Shown here: positions 12,455 through 24,300 of the stretch, in pieces
Layout of the letters: each line of letters begins with the position of its first letter
Numbering within the stretch: the stretch's first letter is position 1
Assembly (NCBI GenBank): GCA_950097015.1
Contig: CATNEN010000032.1
Location: forward strand, 2,418,001-2,482,000
Direction: 5' to 3'
From: Macrostomum hystrix
Lineage: Eukaryota > Animalia > Platyhelminthes
Length of the DNA: 64,000 bases
Notes under the pieces: generated by a model
Database searches by the model: none
Told to the model about the DNA's origin: nothing
The model's input: only the letters and a program-made list of their open reading frames with translations
Program-made: the position numbers and the translations under genes

Positions 12455-13930
12455 TCTCATCTCTGAACTGTCTCATCTCTGAACTGTCTCATCTGTGAAC
12501 TGTCTCATCTGTGAACTGTCTCATCTGTGAACTGTCTCATCTCTGAACTGTCTCATCTGTGAACTGTCTCATCTGTGAACTGTCTCATCTCTGAACTGTC
12601 TCATCTGTGAACTGTCTCATCTGTGAACTGTCTCATCTGTGAACTGTCTCATCTGTGAACTGTCTCATCTCTGAACTGTCTCATCTGTGAACTGTCTCAT
12701 CTGTGAACTGTCTCATCTCTGAACTGTCTCATCTGTGAACTGTCTCATCTCTGAACTGTCTCATCTCTGAACTGTCTCATCTCTGAACTGTCTCATCTGT
12801 GAACTGTCTCATCTCTGAACTGTCTCATCTGTGAACTGTCTCATCTCTGAACTGTCTCATCTCTGAACTGTCTCATCTCTGAACTGTCTCATCTCTGAAC
12901 TGTCTCATCTGTGAACTGTCTCATCTCTGAACTGTCTCATCTCTGAACTGTCTCATCTGTGAACTGTCTCATCTCTGAACTGTCTCATCTCTGAACTGTC
13001 TCATCTGTGAACTGTCTCATCTCTGAACTGTCTCATCTCTGAACTGTCTCATCTCTGAACTGTCTCATCTGTGAACTGTCTCATCTGTGAACTGTCTCAT
13101 CTGTGAACTGTCTCATCTCTGAACTGTCTCATCTCTGAACTGTCTCATCTCTGAACTGTCTCATCTGTGAACTGTCTCATCTCTGAACTGTCTCATCTGT
13201 GAACTGTCTCATCTCTGAACTGTCTCATCTGTGAACTGTCTCATCTGTGAACTGTCTCATCTCTGAACTGTCTCATCTCTGAACTGTCTCATCTGTGAAC
13301 TGTCTCATCTCTGAACTGTCTCATCTGTGAACTGTCTCATCTGTGAACTGTCTCATCTGTGAACTGTCTCATCTGTGAACTGTCTCATCTGTGAACTGTC
13401 TCATCTCTGAACTGTCTCATCTGTGAACTGTCTCATCTGTGAACTGTCTCATCTGTGAACTGTCTCATCTGTGAACTGTCTCATCTCTGAACTGTCTCAT
13501 CTGTGAACTGTCTCATCTGTGAACTGTCTCATCTGTGAACTGTCTCATCTCTGAACTGTCTCATCTCTGAACTGTCTCATCTCTGAACTGTCTCATCTCT
13601 GAACTGTCTCATCTCTGAACTGTCTCATCTCTGAACTGTCTCATCTGTGAACTGTCTCATCTCTGAACTGTCTCATCTCTGAACTGTCTCATCTCTGAAC
13701 TGTCTCATCTGTGAACTGTCTCATCTCTGAACTGTCTCATCTCTGAACTGTCTCATCTCTGAACTGTCTCATCTGTGAACTGTCTCATCTGTGAACTGTC
13801 TCATCTCTGAACTGTCTCATCTCTGAACTGTCTCATCTCTGAACTGTCTCATCTGTGAACTGTCTCATCTCTGAACTGTCTCATCTCTGAACTGTCTCAT
13901 CTGTGAACTGTCTCATCTCTGAACTGTCTC
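12455..13930. repeat. 16-bp minisatellite (TGAACTGTCTCATCT[C/G])
   Basis: ~90 units that differ essentially at one C/G position. Confidence 0.97.
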
Positions 13931-14250
13931 TATTCAAATTTTACACATCTGGTTTCAAAATTCAGGCTTGTTTATTTTTTCCAATACTTTCACTTGATTT
14001 CCCTCCATTTAGTTGGGAAGTTTGGATCAGCCAATTGGAAAGCAGCTGGCTCCCACCCACCCCACTCCCCGCCCGCGCCGCTTGTCCCAACAGAAGCTCA
14101 GAAAGAAAAATCTTTTTTTCTCTCCTCATTGAAACAAACAATGAGCCCGGTCTTCCATATGAATAAATACACAGGACAGCTCAATTGTCTCCCTTCAATC
14201 AGCTCATCCAGTTTTATCCCTATACTAAAGTCGAGCCAAGCCAAGTCGAG

Positions 14251-17200
14251 ATGGAACTGCTGCAGGGCTGGCACCATCACAGGCCGGTGAGGCAGGACTG
14301 GTGCGGCCCGCAGTTGTCAGACTGCAGCGATTGTTGCCATGCAGAGCGGCAGCCCCTGGCCTCTCAGCTGGGCTATTATCACCAATCTGTGTCTTCAACG
14401 CCGAACAAAGATCTCAGCAGCAGCTGCTACTGGAGCTTCGGGGAACTGCAAGACGGTCGAGCGGATGTCGGCTGGACTGCGGGAACAGCGGGCTGCTGGG
14501 GTCTGTGGCCTCCGGCAGCTTCGTCCGGCTGTCCGCCGCAGCAGAGCAGCCGCCGCACACCGGCTGGCTCAGATGACAGTTCAGCGACGTGCCTGACTGG
14601 CTGCGATAGCCTGATGACCGGAGCTGAGGACGCGGAATTCGAGGTCATGGCCGACAGCAAAGTCGGTGTTGGCAGGGCAGTGGGTGAGTCTGGCAGCACC
14701 TTCTCGATTCACTTATTGTTGAATGACCGTTTTTCATGAACACAAAAGAATGACCATTTCTATTTTAGGAGCTTAGAATGACCAGTTCTAGTTTTGTAGC
14801 TTAGAATGACCAGTTCTAGTTTTGGAGCTTAGATTGACAAGTTCTAGTTTTTGAGCTTAGAATGACCATTTTTGAAGCTAAGAATGACCATTTTCGTTTT
14901 TGGAGCTTAGAATGACCAGTTCTAGTTTTGATGGTTAGAATGACCAGTTCTAGTTTTGATGGTTAGAATGACCAGTTCTAGTTTTGATGGTTAGAATGAC
15001 CAGTTCTAGTTTTGATGGTTAGAATGACCAGTTCTAGTTTTGATGGTTATTGGTCTGACTGAGTGATGACAGAAAGTCATGGTTATGCAATTATGAGTAC
15101 AGGAATGGATCATGATGTTGTATCACTCTCATATTATATTTAACAGGCCCGCAAACCAGACGTGAAACCCGCCAACATCTGGTCTCACAGCTTGCTCAAA
15201 ACTCACCAAAACTCAACTCTACACTCCTTATCCCGAGCGAGTATAAAAATGCTGAGCAGTCCATTGCAGCTGATTGAGCACACAAGTGCATCGCCTACAA
15301 TAACCGTGGCAGGGTTTTGGGCTGTTATTCATTAGAAAGACATGAAATTCAATTACGCATAATGAGACTTTCAGTTTCAGGTAGAGGATGTGACGGACCT
15401 GGGATTCTACAAGATTGGTAGAATGCGAACTGAAATCTCATTTCTCATAGAAGAGATTCAATTAGAGAGAAAGTTGTTTTGTGAGGCCGCGGCCGCTCAT
15501 CGGACACTGCAGTGTTCAACGAACCGAATTGGTTAGAAGAATTTAATTTCATTTGAGTTGAAGCTTTCAAACGAGTTTTTGAGATGGGATTCTTGAGGAT
15601 TTGAGCCCGATATAAAGAGGGCCGAGTTGGGCCGGACGGCAAGCAGCTTCTGCGAGTTTTCCGTCTTGGACACAAAAAACTGTGTGAAAATAAAATCCGG
15701 AAATGCCAGCCAATACAGCAACCGAGCAAGCCGTGCAGCAGCAGCAGCAGCAGCAGCAAAGTGCTTCGCTGCTTCGATTGCATCTTCTGGGACTTTATTT
15801 GAGGAACACAGGTGTCCATTAACCTTAGGGATTGTTATCCCGAATCAGCAGGGATTCTGATCCCAAACTAATACGGATTCTGATCTCTAATCAATTGGGA
15901 TAATAATAATAATTGCAGGAGGGCTGTGGGCAGTGGCACATCATCTGGTGTCACTAGACCCGCAGCCAGCGAGGAGGCAATGCTGCCCAATTCGCTGACT
16001 CCTGAGCACACACGCTCACAGGTGTGTACATCTGGCCTGACTTTCTCATCGTCAGGCTGTGTACACTTTCACTGTTCCTTGGAGGTTGTCCCTCCAATGT
16101 GCGCGCATGTGTGCAACTTGATGCGAGAGACTAACGCGTTAGACCGCTCTGCCACCGACCCCCCAAACTGTAGGGATTCTGATCCCAAGTCTTCAGTGAT
16201 TCTGATCCTATTAGGGCATTTCCCAATAAAAAAAATTAGAAATCATCGTACAAAATTGCTTTTTAATATGCAAGAATCACGCAATTGAAATTTGCCTTTC
16301 CCTCAGGCCACGGAGGCGTCAACCAGCTGGGCGGCGCCTTTGTCAACGGACGGCCCCTGCCAGACGGGGTTCGCAGCCAGATTGTTCAACTGGCTCAGCG
16401 CGGCGTCCGGCCGTGCGACATCAGCAGGCGGCTTCGAGTCAGCCACGGCTGCGTGTCCAAGATTCTTGGCCGGTGAGGCAGCTCTCTTGAAGCACCAGCT
16501 CCTGCAGATTAGAATCCCTGCAGATCTGGGATCAGAATCCCTACAGATTCGGGATCAGAATCCCAACAGATTTGGGATCAGAATCCCTGCAGATCTGGGA
16601 TCAGAATCCCTACAGATTTGGGATCAGAAGCCCTGCAGATCTGGGATCAGAATCCCTATAGATTTGGGATCAGAATCCCTACAGATTCGGGATCAGAATC
16701 CCAACAGATTTGGAATCAGAATCCCTACAGATTTGGAATCAGAATCCCTACAGATTTGGGATAAGAATCCACTGTGCCGACAATACCACTATTCCGTTTC
16801 TCCAACGGGCAGATTCTACGAAACCGGCAGCGTCAGGCCGGGCGTCATCGGCGGCTCCAAGCCGAAGGTGGCCACACCAACCGTGGTGGCAGCCATCTGC
16901 CGGTACAAGGCGGACAATCCGACCATCTTCGCCTGGGAGATCCGAGACCTTCTGCTGGCTGAGGGCGTCTGCGACCCCGGTGCTGCACCGTCCGTGTCCT
17001 CAATCAACCGGATAGTGCGCAGTCGATCCTCAATGGCAGCCGCCGCAGCTGCCGCTTCGGCAACTTTGGCGAAGGCGCCAAACGGACTGGACGACTCATC
17101 GACAAACAATGGCGCAGTTGAGACTGGAGGGATGGGAGAGGAGGCGAGAGCTCAGCGCTGCACCCGTGGTGAGTTTGTTTGAGATTAGTGTGCGAAACTT

Positions 17201-17622
17201 GAGTAGATTAGTAAGAGAAGCTTGAGTATATTAGTAAGAGAAGCTTGAGTAGATTAGTGAGAGAAGCTTGAGTAGATTAGTGAGAGAAGCTTGAGTAGAT
17301 TAGTGAGAGAAGCTTGAATAGATTAGTGAGAGAAGCTTGAGTAGATTGTTTGCATACAGCTGTGTGAGATTTCTTATTATCGTGACATAACTTGTTTAAT
17401 TTAGGTTCGGATAAATCCCTGTCTACGAATGGTCATTCCGACAATGATAGAGAGGCTCGCGACTCCTTCCAGGTAATTGAAAGTGTTTTCTGTTAGATTA
17501 GTTTTTCATTGCTCACTACTTACAGTAGCGTATAAGTATCCAGCGTGTATTGATGTCTAAAAAAGTTCAATTGCTTCCGAATTATTCAGTGGCTGGAGAT
17601 GTCAAAGAGATCTAACGCTAAA

Positions 17623-17679
<57 letters not shown>

Positions 17680-19813
17680 CACGTCAAAGAAGTGCCCAGT
17701 GCCCAGCTGTCCAATGGATCCAAGATTTTCGCCTCTTTAGCAGGCCCGAGCAGCGTCAAGCGGAGAAGAATTTCCGGTAAAGCCACCACAACACACGATT
17801 CGAACCATCTGCCGCTGCCGTTGCCGCAAGCCGAGGACTTCAGCAACGGTTGCTACACCTTTCAGCATCAACTGCCGCTGCAAAATCATCACCACCAGCA
17901 GCACATGCAGCTGCGAGGGGAGCCATTCGGACAAGCTCTCTATGGTACAGGCAATCAGCAGCAGCAGCAGCTGCAGGCTAGGGAAGTAGCCTGGCTGGCA
18001 CAGCAGCAGAGCTCGGCACGGCCCAAACTCGCTGGCGTCGATTGTAAGTGACTGACTCAATGGTGGCAGCTAGAGGTGGGCCGATCTAGGACAAGTAGAG
18101 ATTAGGATGAGAAGTAGATAGGAATGGAGGTTTGAGAAGTAGATGAGAATGGAAGTGTGAGAAGTAGATAGGAATGGAGGTTTGAGAAGTAGATGAGAAT
18201 GGAAGTGTGAGAAGTAGATGAGAATGGAGGTGTGAGAAGTAGATAGGAATGGAGGTGTGAGAAGTAGGTAGGAATGGAGGTGTGAGAAGTAGGTAGGAAT
18301 GGAGGTGTGAGAAGTAGATAGGAATGGAGGTGTGAGAAGTAGGTAGGAATGGAGGTTTGAGAAGTAGATGAGAATGGAAGTGTGAGAAGTAGATAGGAAT
18401 GGAGGTTTGAGAAGTAGATGAGAATGGAAGTGTGAGAAGTAGATGAGAATGGAGGTGTGAGAAGTAGATAGGAATGGAGGTGTGAGAAGTAGGTAGGAAT
18501 GGAGGTTTGAGAAGTAGATGAGAATGGAAGTGTGAGAAGTAGATAGGAATGGAGGTGTGAGAAGTAGGTAGGAATGGAGGTGTGAGAAGTAGGTAGGAAT
18601 GGAGGTGTGAGAAGTAGATAGGAATGGAGGTTTGAGAAGTAGATAGGAATGGAGGTGTGAGAAGTAGATGAGAATGGAAGTGTGAGAAGTAGATAGGAAT
18701 GGAGGTTTGAGAAGTAGATGAGAATGGAAGTGTGAGAAGTAGATAGGAATGGAGGTTTGAGAAGTAGATGAGAATGGAAGTGTGAGAAGTAGATAGGAAT
18801 GGAGGTTTGAGAAGTAGATGAGAATGGAAGTGTGAGAAGTAGATGAGAATGGAGGTGTGAGAAGTAGATAGGAATGGAGGTGTGAGAAGTAGGTAGGAAT
18901 GGAGGTTTGAGAAGTAGATGAGAATGGAAGTGTGAGAAGTAGATAGGAATGGAGGTGTGAGAAGTAGATAGGAATGGAGGTGTGAGAAGTAGGTAGGAAT
19001 GGAGGTTTGAGAAGTAGATAGAATGGAGGTGTGAGAAGTAGATGAGAATGGAGGTGTGAGAAGTAGATAGGAATGGAGGTGTGAGAAGTAGGTAGGAATG
19101 GAGGTTTGAGAAGTAGATAGAAATGGAGGTGTGAGAAGTAGATGGAATGGAGGTGTGAGAAGTAGATGGAATGGAGGTGTGAGAAGTAGGTAGGAATGGA
19201 GGTGTGAGAAGTAGATGAGAATGGAAGTGTGAGAAGTAGATGGAATGGAGGTGTGAGAAGTAGGTAGGAATGGAGGTGTGAGAAGTAGATGGAATGGAGG
19301 TGTGAGAAGTAGATGAGAATGGAGGTGTGAGAAGTAGATGGAATGGAGGTGTGAGAAGTAGATGGAATGGAGGTGTGAGAAGTAGATGGAATGGAGGTGT
19401 GAGAAGTAGATGGAATGGAGGTGTGAGAAGTAGATGAGAATGGAGGTGTGAGAAGTAGATGAGAATGGAGGTGTGAGAAGTAGATGGAATGGAGGTGTGA
19501 GAAGTAGATGGAATGGAGGTGTGAGAAGTAGATGAGAATGGAGGTGTGAGAAGTAGATGGGAATGGAGGTGTGAGAAGTAGATGGAATGGAGGTGTGAGA
19601 AGTATATGAGAATGGAGGTGTGAGAAGTAGATGGAATGGAGGTGTGAGAAGTAGATGAGAATGGAGGTGTGAGAAGTAGATGCAATGGAGGTGTGAGAAG
19701 TAGATAGGAATGGAGGTGTGAGAAGTAGATGGGAATGGAGGTGTGAGAAGTAGATGACAATGCCCCACATGTATTTTCGCATTTCAGTGCCAGCCAGTGC
19801 CTCATTTGCATAC

Positions 19814-19865
<52 letters not shown>

Positions 19866-19894
19866 TGCATGGCAACAACAGCAACTGCAACTAG
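14251..19894 (+). CDS. pax2/5/8: Paired-box transcription factor, Pax2/5/8 class
   Basis: Paired domain [20 protein letters not shown]...KILGR|[22 protein letters not shown]...[10 protein letters not shown] on exons 16307-16472 and 16813-17168. Further exons 17405-17472, 17590-18043 and 19788-19894 (TAG) are all phase-consistent. First exon is either 14251-14683 (donor GTGAGT) or 15703-15811. Confidence 0.88.
14750..15048. repeat. 28-bp minisatellite (TTAGAATGACCAGTTCTAGTTTTGATGG)
   Basis: Visible tandem units. Confidence 0.9.
15900..16157 (-). mobile_element. tRNA-derived SINE copy 2 (internally deleted, (ATT)n tail) in Pax intron
   Basis: Minus strand TGGCAGAGCGGTCTAACGCG head, shared 3' body, tail TAATAATAAT at 15900-15912, flanked by 23-bp repeat units. 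Confidence 0.8.
16505..16765. repeat. 23-bp minisatellite, reverse complement of the 10.8-11.7 kb array, in the paired-box intron
   Basis: GATTTGGGATCAGAATCCCTACA units. Confidence 0.93.
17200..17345. repeat. 23-bp minisatellite (GAGAAGCTTGAGTAGATTAGTGA)
   Basis: ~6 units in a Pax intron. Confidence 0.88.
18108..19756. repeat. 25-26-bp GA-rich minisatellite (GTGTGAGAAGTAGATAGGAATGGAG) in the last Pax intron
   Basis: Fills the intron 18044-19787; explains the STSHTSIP ORFs. Confidence 0.96.
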
Positions 19895-20924
19895 AAGACA
19901 AGCTAGCTTTAAGTAACAGACTCATATTGCTCATGCCTTTAGCAATTCAAAGTTTTGAAAAAGCTACATGTTGGTATTCAGATAATTTTTAAGCACGCTT
20001 AATCCCATGTAGTCGACTCGCAATTTGTGCTATTAAATTGAATGAAATAAAATGAAAAAGCTCGTACATACAGTTAAGCTGGTGACTAATTAGTGTCGTG
20101 AGTTTGCTTTTATCCTGCCAGTGTTCCTTTATAAATTCCAGTTTATATATTTAAAGAACGGTAAAGTGAAAATTGTAATTTTTTTAGTTTGAAAAAAAAC
20201 AAACAATTTGGACGGTGATAATTAAGAGTAAAGCGAATAGAGAAACATAGAATTAAAAAAATCATTATTTTGCGATCGCCTACTGCAAGTAGGAGCGAGC
20301 GCACAGCCATTTGACACCAATTTTTGTATGGATAAAACTGTAGCAGGAATGCTGTACTAAAATAGTTTAAAATAGCCACTCGAGCAGCTTTAAGGCGGTT
20401 GCTAAGCGTGTTGGAACGTGTCAAACGTAGCGTTAATAATAGTAATAACACAGAATTATTCGGCTTTTTACAATGAAACCGTCAACAGTGCATTATATAT
20501 GATATATACTCGTAAAATGGGACGGAAAACTAAAAAGGGATTTATACTGGGGCGGGGGACACGGCTGGCGGAGGAAAAATTTAGTCAGCTGAATTTTTTA
20601 TTTTCAGCTTGTTGCTTATAAATTTCAGCCAATTCGGATGAAATCAAATCGATAAATAACCATAGACTTCTACCTCAGGTCATCAATAGACTCGGCCGAC
20701 TCCTTCGTTAATTGATCATATGATTTATCAATACACCTTGATTGATTACCCAATCTATTTATTGATTACAGCATTTTCGCGAAATCAACGAACCAGTCGA
20801 TGTCAAGATTAATCGAATTCCTTAAGTGGCAAGTCATCTATCAATATAAGAAAAACTTGACGGTTAATAACTAGCTTAACATCGACTGTGGCTTGCATTT
20901 GTATACCGATCAGGCTACCGATCA

Positions 20925-21145
20925 ATCAATAAATCAATCGATTAATAAATCAATCGATCGATAATCAATCAATCAATACATCAGCCAACCAATCGATCAA
21001 CCGATCAATCAATAAATCGATCGATCGATCACTCAATCAACCGATCAATTATTCAACCAATTATTCAATACATCAACCAACCAATATATCAACTGATTAA
21101 TCAATAAATAAATCAATCAATCGATGGCTCAATCAACCGATCAAC
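20925..21145. repeat. Degenerate (ATCA/ATCG)n microsatellite
   Basis: atcaatcaatcgatc runs. Confidence 0.8.
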
Positions 21146-21306
21146 TAATGATTTAATATCGTCACTCTAAAACAAATAGATTTTACTTTCAAGCTAAAAT
21201 GAACAAAACATTTTAAAATGAGTTCGCCAATTTGCTTCAGCAAGAAGCCGAGAGCCAGCCAGCAACCCGCCCAGTCCGCTAGAGTAGCAGAGCATCAGCT
21301 AGCGGC

Positions 21307-24300
21307 TCAGTAGCGCCTCTCGCCACGCACAATCTGTCTGGCTGTTGGCGGCTGTCTCGCGCTCAGCGCCGCCTGCTGCCTGGCGGTGGCGCGCTCGCCG
21401 CGCAGCCGGTCGGCCTCGCCGGCAAGCAGCTGCTCGTAGGCGGCCTCGGCTCGACGCTCGTCGCTGAGCTCCGCCTGGCGCCGGCGACGCTCGGCCGCCT
21501 CGGCGGCGGCTCGCTCGCGCAGCTGCTCGTCCAGCTCCGCCCGTCTGGCCGACGCGGCTTCAGCGTCGGCCGCTTCAGCGCGCGCTGTCGCCGCAGCGGC
21601 CTCTTCAACATCTCTGAGCAGCTCCTCGCGTTCGCGCAGATTCTCAGCCTGGGCTCGGCGGGCCTGTAGCAGCTGCCGCTCCACCTGGCTCTCCCGCTCC
21701 GCCAGCACCTCGGCCAACAGGCGCGCCCGCGCCTCCGCCTCGCGCTGCCACTCGGCCTGGCGCCGGTCCCACTCGCGGGCGGCCTCGTCGGCGAATAGGG
21801 CATCCAGCTCGGCCTCGCGAGCCCGCTCCCGCCGCAGCTGCTCCTCCACCAGCTGGCGCGCCTCGGCCGCCTCCTCGCGTCGTCGATCTCGACGTTCCGT
21901 GGCCGCCTGCCGCTCGTCGGCTTCGCGCTCATCCAGCGCCGCCAGGAGACGCAGATCCTCCTGAAGCTCCTGCTGGACCTGCTGCGACCGCCTGGCCAGC
22001 GCGGCTTTGTGCTGCCTGAGCAGGGCCCGACCGTGCTCAGACTTCTTGCGCTGCTCCTCGGCGGCGCGGCGCCGACTGTCCAGGGCGGCCACCCGGTCCA
22101 GCTCCTCGGCCAGGCGCCGCTCCTCGGCTGCCAGCCGCTCCTGTTCGGCGGCACGCCGCCGAATTGCCGCCATCTGGGATTCGAGCTCACGACGGCGCTT
22201 CAGCTCGGCTTCTAGGCGGTCGGCCTCCTCGGCGCGGGCTCGCAGTTCGGCTTCCAGGGCTTGACGCCGGTTGACCTCGGCCCAGGCGTCTGACTCGCGG
22301 CGTTCGGCGGCTGCGGCCTCGCGACGCTCCGCCACCTGTAAAGGTTGAATACAAAGCGCTATGTTTACAAGTCCTTGAGTAGCTAGACTTCAGCTTCCAA
22401 GTTCTAGATTAAGAAGTCCTCTGACCTGATCCGACCAGCCCTCGACGGCTTCCTCGCGCGCCAACTCGGCGGCCACCTCGCGAAGGCGCGGATTGTTCTG
22501 CCTGAAGTGCTCGTACTGCAGCCGCTCGGCCTCCTCGGAGCGGACCTGTTCGCGAGCGCTGCGCAAAGAATCGATCCGGTCGCGCATACCGTCAAGGCAC
22601 TGCGAATTCTCCAGGCTCAGTGTGTCAATCTCGGTCTGAAAAATTTGGACTTCATGTAAATCTAAATTTGAACTGATTTAAAACAGAAGATTTCATTTCC
22701 ATCCTTGAATGTGCGCCATTCTCCTTGCATGTGTGGGTATTCTGCTCAACGTTAAATTTGCTGTAGCTCTCATAAAAATGTCCTAATTGCTTCCAAACCT
22801 CAGAATAACGTGGATGAAGTCGATGTACACAACTGTCAGTCAATATATTTAAAGCTTTTCTCAATCTTACAAAGGCTATCTGCACAGTTAGCTACGTTTC
22901 ATATGCCTTTAATTTATACTTCAATAGAGAATATGTGAGCTGCATGTAACAATGGAGCCTGTCAGTTTGGGAGGCGGACATCTCTGACAGGTCGCATTGC
23001 CAGTACATGCAAGCACCTTTCCCATTTATGCGTGGAACAATTGTGACAAAAAAACTAAAGTGTAAACCAACAGACTGATTGACACCCGCCGACTTGCTTG
23101 TTTCCCCACTGCACCTGAAAATGGAAATAGTACGATAATAATAATAGTCTGCCTTATGGAACAGTTATCAACAGTTCTTGCCAACCTGTCAGCATGCGGT
23201 AATTAATTAAAGCTCTACCTGGAAATACTTTCTCTCCGCTTCTAGAAGGCGAGCCAGTCGCAGACGGCGCTGCTCCAGCCGCTGCTGCCGAGCCTCCTTG
23301 TCCTTGTCAGCGCGGAATGCGTTCATGCTGAGAGGAGCGAATGGGAGAATGTGAGAATGGGAGAATTCAGTCTATGTTGTATTAGTCATCGCCAGATATA
23401 CCCAGTAACAAAATCTAATAGTCTAAAAATTTCAATCTCTTGATAGAGAGGTCGAAAGTTTGAATCCCAGTCCATTTTGAGTGCGAAATTGTAACCTTGC
23501 TCAAGACCACTAATTGTCGATTGCTTGAGATCCCCTAGCTGTAAAAATGTCCCAACTTTAAGTGATTGGGGTGGGTGAGACGAACCCAGTCCATGGACAG
23601 GACAGCTGTAGGCAGGCTTTGAAGTGCATGTGATCCAACTGGGTTAGCTGCACTTTCTATCCATCTATCTGTCAGCTATTTCTAAGCAGTTTTATCCCCA
23701 AACTATTCAGTTTAGCCGTGCTCAAAATCTGCTCAAAAACTAAAATTGCTTAAGTGCTTATGTCTGAGCTGGAAAAACACCATAATTGATTAGAAGAATG
23801 AGCAGTTGAATAAAAACACGGTTGCTCTATTAGCAATAATAAAAGCTGTCATAAAATTATAAAAAAGTGGAGCTACACAAGCCCAGGCTGCAGGGCGGAC
23901 TCGACTGAGCTGGGAGATAACGTCAATTTTTTTAATTCCTAGATATGCTTGCTCCCGTTTCCTCCAAGGCTTGTTTGCCCATTCAATTTGCTATCAGCCG
24001 GCAGAGAATATATATGAATATATTATTGGCACAATAGCGATTGTTAGCTTAGCTTGATAGAATGCACAATGCGCATTAAAAGGCATAATTATAGGATAGA
24101 ACTTTAAATAAGAAACCGGGAGTTAGAGAAATGGAAAATTATCAGACTTTTGCCTTTAAAGAGCATCGGATAGGACGATAAAAATGAAAAAATAATAAGT
24201 TGATTAAAAAAATTATACCCCTAATTAAAGCAAATGGAACTTTTGCAAGAGCAGAAAAATGGTGACTGTCAGTTTGAATAAAAAATGCTGACAGAAAAGA

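Noticed and set aside
5820-19934. Long ORFs at 5820-7098, 7971-9559, 10736-11876 and 18070-19934
   Set aside because: They are translations of non-coding minisatellites, open in several frames because the units lack stop codons
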